Assembly (NCBI GenBank): GCA_026395435.1
Contig: JAPLYT010000006.1
Location: 31,587 to 95,586, forward strand
Source of the DNA: Candidatus Saccharimonadota bacterium
GTDB lineage: Bacteria; Patescibacteriota; Saccharimonadia; Saccharimonadales; AWTP1-31
Length of the DNA: 64,000 bases
Direction of reading: 5' to 3'
This document shows positions 49,688 to 58,764 of this stretch, piece after piece. The position numbers were made by a program, and so were the translations under genes. The first letter of the stretch is position 1, and each line of letters opens with the position of its first letter. The notes under the pieces were generated by a model. The model saw only the letters and a program-made list of their open reading frames with translations. It was not told where the DNA came from and searched no databases.

Positions 49688-51207
49688 AAATCGTTGAGGA
49701 CGGTAATATGAGCTCCGATGGCGTTGAGGCGCTCGGCGATATCTTCATAACCTCTGTTGATAGTATAGACATTGCGCAAGATTGAGGTGCCTGGTGCAGC
49801 CAACATCCCAATAAGCAGTAAACTGGCTGGGCGAAGGGCAGGTGGACAGACTACATCGGCTTTGGTGAACTTAGTCGGTCCAGTTACGTATATACGATGC
49901 GGGTCGGCAAGTTCGACGTTGGCTCCAATCTTGGTAAGTTCTGTGTAGTAGATCGCTCGATTTTCAAACATCCAGTCGTGGATCAGGGTGCGGCCTACGG
50001 CGATTGCTACAATTGGCACAAAATATGGGATATTATCGGGGTTAATGCCGGGCCACAGGGCAGGGTGGAGTTTGTCTTTGAGTGCGTGAAGCGACCCGTT
50101 GTGTTTCTGGATTTCGAGGTCAACTAGATCGATCTCGCCGTTAAGGGCCTTATACCGCTCAGTCATCGTAAACTGGAGTCCCATAACTTTAAGCTTGAAA
50201 AGTTCTAGTGCAATCCAATCCACTGGTACTCGCTTGATCGTAATATGTGAGTTCGTGGTCACGGCTGCGGAGATGAAGAACATGGCTTCGATTGGATCTT
50301 CAGTCGGCGCGAAAGTAATATTCTTTTTAATGACCGGTACACCGCGAACCGTCAGTACTGACGATCCGATTCCAGATATCTTGACGCCAATTTTTTGCAA
50401 GAAGTAACACAAATCCTGGACCATATAATCCGCACTCGCATTTTGAATGATTGTGGTACCTTCGAACCGGGCCGCGGCCATCAGCGCGTTGTTAGTAACG
50501 GTATTTCCAGCCTCATAGAGTACAACTCTTTGAGTAGGGAGATGCTTCTTGATCGAAACCTTATAATGTCCGGTAACAGCTTTGATATCCACTCCAAAAC
50601 TCTCGAGCGCCAAAAGATGAGGCTCTACCGAACGAGTTCCGAGCTTACAGCCGCCTGCATACGGAATCTCGAACGATGTGTAATCATGAAGCAGTGGGCC
50701 AAGTAACATCAGAACACTACGTGTTTTTCGGGCAGAAACAGCGTTGATTGCCTTAAGGTTCAACTTCTCAGGCCGGCGGAGCTCAATATCGTTCCCGGTA
50801 AGCCATTTGACCTTGACGCCAATACTTTCTAGTACTTCAATAATCCGGTTTACTTCCTCAATTCGCGGGAAGGACTTAAACCGAGTGACTCCATAGTTGA
50901 GCAAACTGGCACAGAGTAGGGCGACGGCTGCGTTTTTACTCGTTTTAAGCGTGATATCACCACGTAGTTCGTGACCGCCTTCGATCCGGAGGTTCACGCC
51001 ACCTTCACCGATTTGGATTAATGGCTTGTTGAGCACATCGCTGATCCGACCAAGGGTCTCGAGGCTTAAGTTTTGTTTGCCGTGTTCAATGCGATTTACT
51101 GCCGATTGACTGGTGCCAAGCCGTTTTGCGAACGCTGCTTGGGTAAGGCCCCTTTCTTGTCGTATCTGGTAAATAAGGTTGCCGATTTTTTCATTGGTTG
51201 TTGTCAT
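49684..51207 (-). CDS. murA: UDP-N-acetylglucosamine enolpyruvyl transferase with an N-terminal XRE HTH domain
   Basis: GLTQAAFAKRLGTSQSAVNRIEHG HTH; SKNAA, AGGCKLGTR, DPIEA, INRGYE. Confidence 0.93.
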   Translation of the reverse strand: MTTTNEKIGNLIYQIRQERGLTQAAFAKRLGTSQSAVNRIEHGKQNLSLETLGRISDVLNKPLIQIGEGGVNLRIEGGHELRGDITLKTSKNAAVALLCASLLNYGVTRFKSFPRIEEVNRIIEVLESIGVKVKWLTGNDIELRRPEKLNLKAINAVSARKTRSVLMLLGPLLHDYTSFEIPYAGGCKLGTRSVEPHLLALESFGVDIKAVTGHYKVSIKKHLPTQRVVLYEAGNTVTNNALMAAARFEGTTIIQNASADYMVQDLCYFLQKIGVKISGIGSSVLTVRGVPVIKKNITFAPTEDPIEAMFFISAAVTTNSHITIKRVPVDWIALELFKLKVMGLQFTMTERYKALNGEIDLVDLEIQKHNGSLHALKDKLHPALWPGINPDNIPYFVPIVAIAVGRTLIHDWMFENRAIYYTELTKIGANVELADPHRIYVTGPTKFTKADVVCPPALRPASLLLIGMLAAPGTSILRNVYTINRGYEDIAERLNAIGAHITVLNDF

Positions 51208-51402
51208 AGATACACAATATATACCCTAAAAGGTATCGTTACAAGGGTTATTTCGGATACGGTTACTGTATATTTTGCGTATAGCACTCTGTACAAACAA
51301 CTCACCAGTCGGTACGCTATAGGTATGATTTAGTTACTTTTCCCTATTCGCACGTGACCAACCATTGTCAAACTAATTATGACCTATCATGAGGGACCTA
51401 CT

Positions 51403-52683
51403 ATGAACGATACAATCATTGCCGACCTAATCGCTGCTGAAGAAAAAAGGCAACGTGAAGGGCTGGAACTTATACCGAGCGAAAACTACGTCAGTCGTGA
51501 CGTACTAACTGCTCTAGGGAGCGTTTTTACCAATAAATATTCCGAAGGCTATCCTGGAAAGCGCTATTACGGAGGTCAGATAAATACTGATCAGCTTGAA
51601 ACAATTGCAATCGATCGGGCTAAAGAGATCTTTGGAGCCGATCATGCCAATGTTCAATCTCACTCCGGTGCTCCAGCCAATATCGCCGTCTACCAGGCAT
51701 GGCTTGAGCCCGGCGATACTGTCATGGCAATGCGCCTTGACCATGGCGGGCATCTGACCCACGGCCACCCCGTTACCAGTAGTGCCAAACTGTACAACTT
51801 TGTTCGCTATGGCATTAAAGATGTCGAAACAGGCGAAATAGACTACGAAGCCATGCGAGCAACTGCCCTCAAAGAACGCCCCAAAATAATCATAGCTGGA
51901 TTTAGTGGATTCCCGCGGAGTCTTGATTATGCCAAGTTTGCTGCCATTGCTGACGAATGTGGCGCCATGCTGATGGCCGATATGGCTCATATTGCTGGCT
52001 TAATTGCCGGAAAAGTTCTGCCCAATCCCCTAGATTTTGGATTTCACGTCATGACTACCACAACGCATAAGACCCTTCGCGGTCCTCGAGGTGGTTTAAT
52101 TTTGAGCAAAGGCATCGCTGGTAATACGCTCAAAGCTCCAGAAAAAACCATTGAAAATCTGCCGACACTCATCGACCGAGAAATTTTCCCGGGCTTTCAG
52201 GGTGGTCCACATATGCATAGTATCGCTGCCAAAGCAGTAGCTTTCCGAGAAGCCCTACAGCCAGACTTCAAAGTGTACGCCCAAACAATCCTAGACAATG
52301 CGAGCACTTTGGCAGACTCGTTACAGAAAAAAGGCTTCAAGCTTGTGACCAATGGCACTGATAATCACATGATTATGATTGATATGCCGACAAGTTTCAG
52401 TGGTGTCACCGGTCGCGAAGCCCAAGATCTGTTAGACGAAGTCGGACTCAACGCCAATTGTAATTCTATTCCAAACGACACGCTTCCACCGTACCGGCCA
52501 AGTGGTTTGCGCCTCGGTACTCCAGCAATCACTACTCGAGGACTCAAACAGGAGCATATGGAGCAGGTCGCAACTTGGATGTTTGACACGATCAAACAGC
52601 GCAAAGATCCTAAAAAAATCAAAGTAATTGCCCAAGAAGTCAAAGAGTTCTCGCTTGGTTTCCCACTCCCTAGTGATGTCTAA
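51403..52683 (+). CDS. glyA: Serine hydroxymethyltransferase
   Basis: LIPSENY, NKYSEGYPGKRYYGG, GGHLTHG, TTTTHKTLRGPRGG. Confidence 0.98.
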   Translation: MNDTIIADLIAAEEKRQREGLELIPSENYVSRDVLTALGSVFTNKYSEGYPGKRYYGGQINTDQLETIAIDRAKEIFGADHANVQSHSGAPANIAVYQAWLEPGDTVMAMRLDHGGHLTHGHPVTSSAKLYNFVRYGIKDVETGEIDYEAMRATALKERPKIIIAGFSGFPRSLDYAKFAAIADECGAMLMADMAHIAGLIAGKVLPNPLDFGFHVMTTTTHKTLRGPRGGLILSKGIAGNTLKAPEKTIENLPTLIDREIFPGFQGGPHMHSIAAKAVAFREALQPDFKVYAQTILDNASTLADSLQKKGFKLVTNGTDNHMIMIDMPTSFSGVTGREAQDLLDEVGLNANCNSIPNDTLPPYRPSGLRLGTPAITTRGLKQEHMEQVATWMFDTIKQRKDPKKIKVIAQEVKEFSLGFPLPSDV

Positions 52684-52694
52684 AGGCCGCTAGA

Positions 52695-53300
52695 CTAATT
52701 ACTGTTTTTACTCCTGCCGGCTACTCTTATTCCCAGCCAAACACCCAGAGAAACCTTGGCAATATCAGCCGCTGCTTTACCAACTTTGGGTATGGCCTCG
52801 GCTATTTTCCCGCGTTTTCCGTCTCTGACTACCGATACAAACTCATTGTAATCTCTGCCTCCGTAATCCATGAAAAGACTTTTGGCTGCTTCGACGTCTA
52901 ATGTATCTTCTGGTTCACAAGGTTCGAAATATACTACAAGTTCTTTTTTGGTCAATGGCCCTACCAAGAAGTTACCTTCTGGCAGTATCCGCTGTAGTGC
53001 TTCGACCCTGAATTCATCTTCTTCAATGCAACGTCCAGCAACTATTTCGGGGGCATTGGCTGCATACGTTTCGGCAAGATGGTCGACAAAATCGATCATG
53101 CTTTCTGCCCATTGATTGGTCGCACCTTGAAATTTATCGAAGTAATAAGCAATAGGCACATCTCTATATCGGACTGCCGAAGTAATAATATTTTCTCGAG
53201 AAGCTGTCAGATCATCTAATTTCTGGCACAGTAACAATTCATCATTTTGCAGAAAAAGCTCAGGTATTGGATAATCACCTTCATGTGAGCTAATAGTCAT
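52695..53300 (-). CDS. Hypothetical protein
   Basis: 201-aa ORF with a hydrophobic C-terminus. Confidence 0.55.
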   Translation of the reverse strand: MTISSHEGDYPIPELFLQNDELLLCQKLDDLTASRENIITSAVRYRDVPIAYYFDKFQGATNQWAESMIDFVDHLAETYAANAPEIVAGRCIEEDEFRVEALQRILPEGNFLVGPLTKKELVVYFEPCEPEDTLDVEAAKSLFMDYGGRDYNEFVSVVRDGKRGKIAEAIPKVGKAAADIAKVSLGVWLGIRVAGRSKNSN

Positions 53301-53371
53301 GCCCCATATTATCTATGATATTGATCTGCTGTCAAATATAGCCTGTACCAAAATGCCGGCAACGAAGATAG

Positions 53372-54397
53372 CTATATAAGCTCGGGCTCTTGCTGAAGGG
53401 TAATCTTAAATTTTGCTTGCACTTCGCCGATGATTCTATCGCGGAATAGTATTAGGTCTGCAGTACACTCGGCTTTTTCATTCACTAATACAAGCGGTTG
53501 TTTGTGCCAGGTGGCCATGCCGGTTTTTCGGTCATGGAAATTTTTGAATCCAGCGGCCTCTATCAGCCAGGCGGCAGATATTTTTACTCTGCCATCATTC
53601 GTTGGCCAGCCGGGGATGTGCGGGTATGCTTTTTGTAATTTTTTGAACGTGGTTTTTGCAATAATTGGATTACCGAAGAAAGAACCATTGTTGGCTATTT
53701 TAGCTGGATTTGGCAGTTTACTTGAGCGAATTGCAATCACTACTTCGCGTATCGTTTGAACGGATGGATCTTTAATATTCATATGGTCTAGATATGTTTG
53801 CAGGGCGGCATAGAACGGCGGGGAAGGCGCTTCTTTGGTGAGTAAGAATCGTAGCGATGTGATAAAAAACCGACCGTGATCAACTTCTTTGAACCGACTC
53901 GTACGATACCCGAATTGGCATGATTCTGCCGGGATGGTAACAATCTTTTTCGTTTTTGCATCATACGCCTCGATGCTATCAAGGGTGTCGGAAATCTCCT
54001 GGCCATAGGCTCCAACGTTTTGGACGGGTGTAGCTCCGGTGGTCCCCGGGATCAGCGACAATGCTTCGATACCGCTTAGTCCTTTTTTGACCGTTCGAGC
54101 AACGGCGCTATCCCAGTTTTCACCAGCTCCTATGTCAACGTAGCTGGTCGTCTCGTCGCATTCGCGGATCGTAAAGCCTTTGATTTTGTTTACCATCACA
54201 AGGCCTGAGTAGCCGGCATCGCTCCAGACGATATTACTACCGCTACCAATCATCATGGCAGGTATTTTTTGCTCTGCTGCCCAGGACAGCGCAAAAGGGA
54301 TATCGGTCTTGTCGGTAATGTTCACGAGGTACGCTGCTTTGCCACCAAGTCGCATGGTGGAGTGACGGGATAGATCGGCGTTTTTATAGAACTTCAT
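53372..54397 (-). CDS. murB: UDP-N-acetylmuramate dehydrogenase
   Basis: GSGSN, IPGTTGATPVQNVGAYG, FGYRTSRF, GSFFGNP, LQQEP. Confidence 0.96.
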   Translation of the reverse strand: MKFYKNADLSRHSTMRLGGKAAYLVNITDKTDIPFALSWAAEQKIPAMMIGSGSNIVWSDAGYSGLVMVNKIKGFTIRECDETTSYVDIGAGENWDSAVARTVKKGLSGIEALSLIPGTTGATPVQNVGAYGQEISDTLDSIEAYDAKTKKIVTIPAESCQFGYRTSRFKEVDHGRFFITSLRFLLTKEAPSPPFYAALQTYLDHMNIKDPSVQTIREVVIAIRSSKLPNPAKIANNGSFFGNPIIAKTTFKKLQKAYPHIPGWPTNDGRVKISAAWLIEAAGFKNFHDRKTGMATWHKQPLVLVNEKAECTADLILFRDRIIGEVQAKFKITLQQEPELI

Positions 54398-54500
54398 GCT
54401 CTAATCTTAATGGTTACGGCTAAAAAGCGAAAGAATTATAGAGCTAAGCGGGATGATTTCTTTTCTTGCCCGGATTTGCCGAACAGAGTAAAATATAGTA

Positions 54501-55091
54501 ATGAGTGAGAAAAAGCGGGCGGACCAACCATATCGATTGTTAGGCGAAAATCTCAAATCACGCCGTCAGAAACTCAATCAAACCGTGCCCGAAGTTTCAG
54601 GCGCTGTCGAGATTGACACAAATACCCTCGAGCAAATCGAATCTGGCGAGCAACGCCCAGCCGAGGAAATACTGGCCCTGCTTATTAGTTATTTCGACCT
54701 ACAAGAAGAAGACGCTGTCTCATTGTGGCACCTCGCTGGCTACGACGAACGCCGAACTTCTCAAACCTCTTCGACTACTTCTACATTTGAGCTTAATCAA
54801 CCAATCGCCATGATGATGCCCGTCGACCTCCGTGTGGTCTATACCGATATGGTCCATGTAACTATCAACAACTTTGGTGTTGTCATGAATTTTATGCAAA
54901 CAGCCGGCCAAGGATCACAACCTTTGGCAATTTCCCGCATCGGTATGAGCAAGGAACACGCCCGTTCGGTGCTCGACATATTGGAGCGATCTCTTAAGCA
55001 GTCTGATGATGCCAACAAACCAAAACTACTGCACAAGCCATCACCTCTCAAAAAAGCCGACCAATCCGACAAACCAAAAGAAGCAAAGTAA
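54501..55091 (+). CDS. XRE-type HTH protein with a C-terminal DUF3467-like domain
   Basis: LGENLKSRR...IESGEQRP HTH; VVYTD...GVVMNF...SRIGMSKEHA. Confidence 0.7.
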   Translation: MSEKKRADQPYRLLGENLKSRRQKLNQTVPEVSGAVEIDTNTLEQIESGEQRPAEEILALLISYFDLQEEDAVSLWHLAGYDERRTSQTSSTTSTFELNQPIAMMMPVDLRVVYTDMVHVTINNFGVVMNFMQTAGQGSQPLAISRIGMSKEHARSVLDILERSLKQSDDANKPKLLHKPSPLKKADQSDKPKEAK

Positions 55092-55092
55092 A

Positions 55093-55524
55093 ATGAGTGA
55101 ACTCGGTCCACATGAAACTGAACCGATCATAGACAGAAAACTGCCACGCAGCGAAAGAAACCCTGTCAGATGGCATTATGAAAAATTGGGTACGGCAGTA
55201 GCGGCAGGTATATTGCTTGTGGGGCTCAGTGGCATAACCGCTCAACATATTATCGAAAGCGGTCGGCGGTCTATTGCCACCGAAATAGATGGCGCAACTG
55301 AGAAGGCGACTAAGTTTTACGATGGCACACAGACAAGTTTCGATCAGGCAAAAAAACGTTTCGATGACGCTAAGAAGCAATGTAAAGTAATCGATGATTT
55401 GGCTCCACAAATTGGTGCAATCGCCGAAGCGATTGGCGCAACTCCAGCAAGTGGCACCACTACTACGGTTCCTCTGCCACAAATCGCGGTGATAGCTCCT
55501 TCGCCATCGACTTCTAAGCCTTGA
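55093..55524 (+). CDS. Hypothetical single-TM protein
   Basis: ATG 1 bp after the previous stop; TM AVAAGILLVGLSGI. Confidence 0.55.
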   Translation: MSELGPHETEPIIDRKLPRSERNPVRWHYEKLGTAVAAGILLVGLSGITAQHIIESGRRSIATEIDGATEKATKFYDGTQTSFDQAKKRFDDAKKQCKVIDDLAPQIGAIAEAIGATPASGTTTTVPLPQIAVIAPSPSTSKP

Positions 55525-55530
55525 GTATAA

Positions 55531-55704
55531 CTACAGATCGATATAATTCTTAAGTTGAAAATTGAGCCAAACGCCCACGAAGCACCCAACAATTCCACCA
55601 ATTATGCCCCAAGCCGACAAAAACCCGGCGTGCCACAAGCTCGGTATCCATGAACCAATACCCGAACAAATCGAAATCAAGCCGTATAGCACAAGTTTAT
55701 TCAT
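55531..55704 (-). CDS. Small Gly-rich membrane protein
   Basis: MNKLVLYGLISICSGIGSWIPSLWHAGFLSAWGIIGGIVGCFVGVW. Confidence 0.65.
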   Translation of the reverse strand: MNKLVLYGLISICSGIGSWIPSLWHAGFLSAWGIIGGIVGCFVGVWLNFQLKNYIDL

Positions 55705-55765
55705 ACTCACAAGTATACTCCATAATAGAAAAGCCTCGAACAAATATATTTGTTACAATGTCCGT

Positions 55766-56116
55766 ATGGCATACAAGAACAAAGCTGACCAAATTGCTGC
55801 AAGTAAGCGACATTATGATGCTAATAAAGAGTATTATTTGAATCGTAATCGACGTTATCGAAAAGAGTTGAGCACGTATGTTAATAAGATTAAAGAAGAA
55901 ACACCGTGCGCTGATTGTAAAAAACAATATCCATACTACGTCATGGACTTTGATCATCTAGAAGGCCACACAAAAGAAGGTCTAGTAAGTTTCTTCACGA
56001 AAACCGGTCGTATTGAACAAATGATGAAAGAAATCGAGAAATGCGAAGTAGTATGTTCGAATTGCCATCGTGCCAGAACCCATAACAGGTTACAGAAAGG
56101 AAAAAATATAGTATAA
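55766..56116 (+). CDS. Small HNH-like zinc-finger endonuclease (phage-type)
   Basis: CADC...MDFDH...EIEKCEVVCSNCHRART; TACAAT 6 nt before the ATG. Confidence 0.75.
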   Translation: MAYKNKADQIAASKRHYDANKEYYLNRNRRYRKELSTYVNKIKEETPCADCKKQYPYYVMDFDHLEGHTKEGLVSFFTKTGRIEQMMKEIEKCEVVCSNCHRARTHNRLQKGKNIV

Positions 56117-56133
56117 TCAAGATTCATTGTTAC

Positions 56134-56209
56134 GCACCCGTAGCTCAGTGGATAGAGCGTCGCGCTTCGGACGCGAAAGTCGGCGGTTCGAATCCGTCCG
56201 GGTGTACCA
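56134..56209 (+). tRNA. tRNA-Arg(UCG)
   Basis: Cloverleaf with GCACCCG/CGGGTGT acceptor, TCGCG-CTTCGGA-CGCGA anticodon arm, GTTCGAAT T-loop, encoded CCA. Confidence 0.96.
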
Positions 56210-56217
56210 ACAAAAGC

Positions 56218-56242
56218 GCCAGTCCAAAGGACTGGCTTTTTT
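56218..56242 (+). terminator. Intrinsic terminator after tRNA-Arg
   Basis: GCCAGTCC-AAA-GGACTGGC-TTTTTT. Confidence 0.85.
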
Positions 56243-56359
56243 GTTGGCAGGCTCCAGAATGGAGCCGAGAACCGCCGAAGGCGGTGCGGTCGGCAAAGCC
56301 ACGCGCAGGAATGTATTCCGAGCATGGCTGCTGTCGTGCTCTTTCCGTCCGGGTGATAG

Positions 56360-56450
56360 CCGTAGGTTCGATCACAAGCTGCTCTCGCAGGAGCTTGCTC
56401 CGAGAAAGGGGCGCAGGGAGACGCGAAGCGTTCATCCGTCCGGGCGTACA
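56360..56450. repeat. tRNA-3'-end-derived repeat, copy 1
   Basis: 56360-56441 matches 57237-57318 at 80/82; GGTTCGA...ATCCGTCCGGGCGTAC mimics the tRNA-Arg T-arm and acceptor. Confidence 0.92.
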
Positions 56451-56509
56451 AAAACCCTTATGCTTAAACTATTTTTATTAGAGGAGTTTTTATTTGGTAT
56501 AGTTTACCT

Positions 56510-57145
56510 ATGATTAAAGCCATTCATTATCAGAATAAATCAACTGAAGTGCCTCTTGAGGCGCTCATTTCTGAGTGTTATGACGAGGTACGTAAACTAT
56601 TACCCCAATTACCTGAAACAATACAAATATACTTCAGTGATTACGGAATACTTGCAGAGAGTGGAGTTGGGGGTTACGCATATGCACATGACATCATTAC
56701 TGTTTCAATTGACCCAGATTTTGCAGACAAAAAGAAACAGCTTAAAGATATCCGTTCAACAATTTTTCATGAGTCATTTCATATTCTTCAGAACTATACG
56801 GGTGAAAGTGGTCCGTTTTCGGCAATTGAGAATGCAATTTATGAAGGAATGGCAACGATTTTTGAGCGAGAATACTGCAACTTTTGGCAACCATATGGTG
56901 ACTATCGTGCGACTCCCGAAAAGAAACTAAAGCAATGGTTTAAAGATTTACAAAATTTAAGTCTTAAAGATTTTGAAGAGAACTATAGCAATTGGAAGTT
57001 TTTCCATACAGAGCTGAAAGAACGTTGGATAGTATATAAAGTTGGCACATGGATTATTGACGTAGTTTTACAAAAGCATAAACTTACGATTCTTGACCTA
57101 AGCACTAAAACTGCAGTAGAAGTACTAGACTTGTACAACCAATAA
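56510..57145 (+). CDS. Putative Zn-dependent peptidase (DUF2268-like), AT-rich
   Basis: GVGGYA, HESFH, EGMA, YKVG. Confidence 0.75.
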   Translation: MIKAIHYQNKSTEVPLEALISECYDEVRKLLPQLPETIQIYFSDYGILAESGVGGYAYAHDIITVSIDPDFADKKKQLKDIRSTIFHESFHILQNYTGESGPFSAIENAIYEGMATIFEREYCNFWQPYGDYRATPEKKLKQWFKDLQNLSLKDFEENYSNWKFFHTELKERWIVYKVGTWIIDVVLQKHKLTILDLSTKTAVEVLDLYNQ

Positions 57146-57171
57146 AGTTATAACCTGAACTAGAATGCCGT

Positions 57172-57214
57172 ACCAATGCATGGGCCCCACTTTACGTGGG
57201 GCTTTTGCATTGGT
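57172..57214 (+). terminator. Terminator-like hairpin
   Basis: ACCAATGCA..GCCCCAC-TTTAC-GTGGGGC-TTT.TGCATTGGT. Confidence 0.7.
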
Positions 57215-57236
57215 TGATTCCTGAATGGAATCCGAA

Positions 57237-57324
57237 CCGTAGGTTCGATCACAAGCCGCTCTCGCAGAAGCTTGCTCCGAGAAAGGGGCGCAGGGAGACG
57301 CGAAGCGTTCATCCGTCCAGGTGT
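57237..57324. repeat. tRNA-3'-end-derived repeat, copy 2
   Basis: See copy 1; ends ATCCGTCCAGGTGT. Confidence 0.92.
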
Positions 57325-57441
57325 CTGACTCGTACCCATTGTCATTCTGACAAGAAGGCTAGGTAGGACGTACAGTGGTGTACATTAGAGTCAATTCTAA
57401 AAAGCTCCTAGCTGGAGATTATTTATTGCTACAATAAAACT

Positions 57442-57738
57442 ATGAATCTTGACCAGACAAAACCTATTTCAACAAATGATGCGCAAACTAAAGATGCTGA
57501 AGCGCCCAGGCAACAGAAAAAACAACCATCAATTTTAACTTTGTTTTGGATTGTGTCTTGGGCTATTACTTTAGGCGGTGGACTCTACATTAAGCTTTTT
57601 GAGCCTTCGGATAGTGTCGCAGCTTTAGGATTAATCCCGTTTGGGCTGGCGGCAATAGGAAGTACTCCCTTAGTATTAATTCGGTGCGGATGGTCATTGT
57701 ATAAACGCCGTAAGCTTAGCACTGTAAAACCAGAATAG
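57442..57738 (+). CDS. Hypothetical two-TM protein
   Basis: 98 aa; TACAAT 6 nt before the ATG. Confidence 0.6.
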   Translation: MNLDQTKPISTNDAQTKDAEAPRQQKKQPSILTLFWIVSWAITLGGGLYIKLFEPSDSVAALGLIPFGLAAIGSTPLVLIRCGWSLYKRRKLSTVKPE

Positions 57739-57807
57739 TTCAAACCCTTTCGACAATGGTGAACTATCAAAAAACCTATCCTATGACTTGTCTGGTATCA
57801 TAGTGAT

Positions 57808-58713
57808 ATGCCATCAATAACGCTCTCTCAAGACAAACAAGCACGAATCCGCAAGGAACTCATCGCTGCAGGAATGAATGCGTATGGCTTACTTAAGGCA
57901 GAGGCTCGGCATTTGCCTGGTATTATTCATGATGACGAAACGATAGGTGCGGCGATCTATGGGCGGGCTGAAGCCGGCGGTAGCGGGATGCTTGTAGCTA
58001 CCTCAACCCGTCTGTTGTATCTCGACCATAAGTTATTTTTCCGTAAGACCGATGAAATTTCTTACGAAGTCATCAGTGGCGTCAGTACTAACAGGCAGGG
58101 GAGATACAATAGCGTCACCGTCCATACCAAGCTTGGCGATTTTAGCCTCCGATTTGTAAACGAGAAAAGCACTAAGCACTTCGTGCACTTTATTGAGAAG
58201 ATGCAGATCGAACGAACTCAGCCAGATGTTTTGCGGAAAAACAGTCCCAAGAATAGGCAAGCTACGGTAGTGCAGTCGCTCGAAAACACCGTCAACTACA
58301 CGCAGGCTGCAAAGTTATTTTTGTCGTCACATAATGCCGGAGTGATTTCTACGGTGGGATCAGATGGCGAAGTTCATGGCAGCGTGGTGTATTACACCCT
58401 CGGCGTCGACAGCACACTATTTTTTGCCACCAAAGATCACACAACTAAGAGTATGGATATCACTACTAATCCAAACGTCGCATTTACTATCTTCGATGCT
58501 AACGAAATGCAAACATTACAGATTAGCGGAACTGCACACATAGAACAAGACCCTACGCTCGCCAGTGAGATCAAGGAACAAATCTTGCGACCTCATTTTG
58601 CGGGGACACATGTCACCGTGCCACCAATTTTGCATATTTCAGCAGGTACTTTCACGGTGATTTGCATCAAGCCGACCACATATTCATTTCACGACTATAA
58701 AACCTGGAAATAG
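57808..58713 (+). CDS. Bacterial PH-domain / pyridoxamine-5'-phosphate-oxidase-like fusion protein
   Basis: DETI...LVATSTRLLY PH-like N-terminus; GVISTV...FFATK..TK...NPNVAF...LQISGTA split-barrel C-terminus. Confidence 0.75.
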   Translation: MPSITLSQDKQARIRKELIAAGMNAYGLLKAEARHLPGIIHDDETIGAAIYGRAEAGGSGMLVATSTRLLYLDHKLFFRKTDEISYEVISGVSTNRQGRYNSVTVHTKLGDFSLRFVNEKSTKHFVHFIEKMQIERTQPDVLRKNSPKNRQATVVQSLENTVNYTQAAKLFLSSHNAGVISTVGSDGEVHGSVVYYTLGVDSTLFFATKDHTTKSMDITTNPNVAFTIFDANEMQTLQISGTAHIEQDPTLASEIKEQILRPHFAGTHVTVPPILHISAGTFTVICIKPTTYSFHDYKTWK

Positions 58714-58764
58714 ACACAATTGAGTCCTTTGGGATACCAACCATAACCGGTATAATAATGGGGA

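Noticed and set aside
51240..51402. ZMP/ZTP or THF riboswitch upstream of glyA
   Set aside because: Could not find the conserved motif elements by eye; an Rfam scan would settle it
55954..56513. Several overlapping ORFs (55954..56451, 56127..56513, 56145..56435 and others)
   Set aside because: They overlap tRNA-Arg and GC-rich structured repeats; spurious
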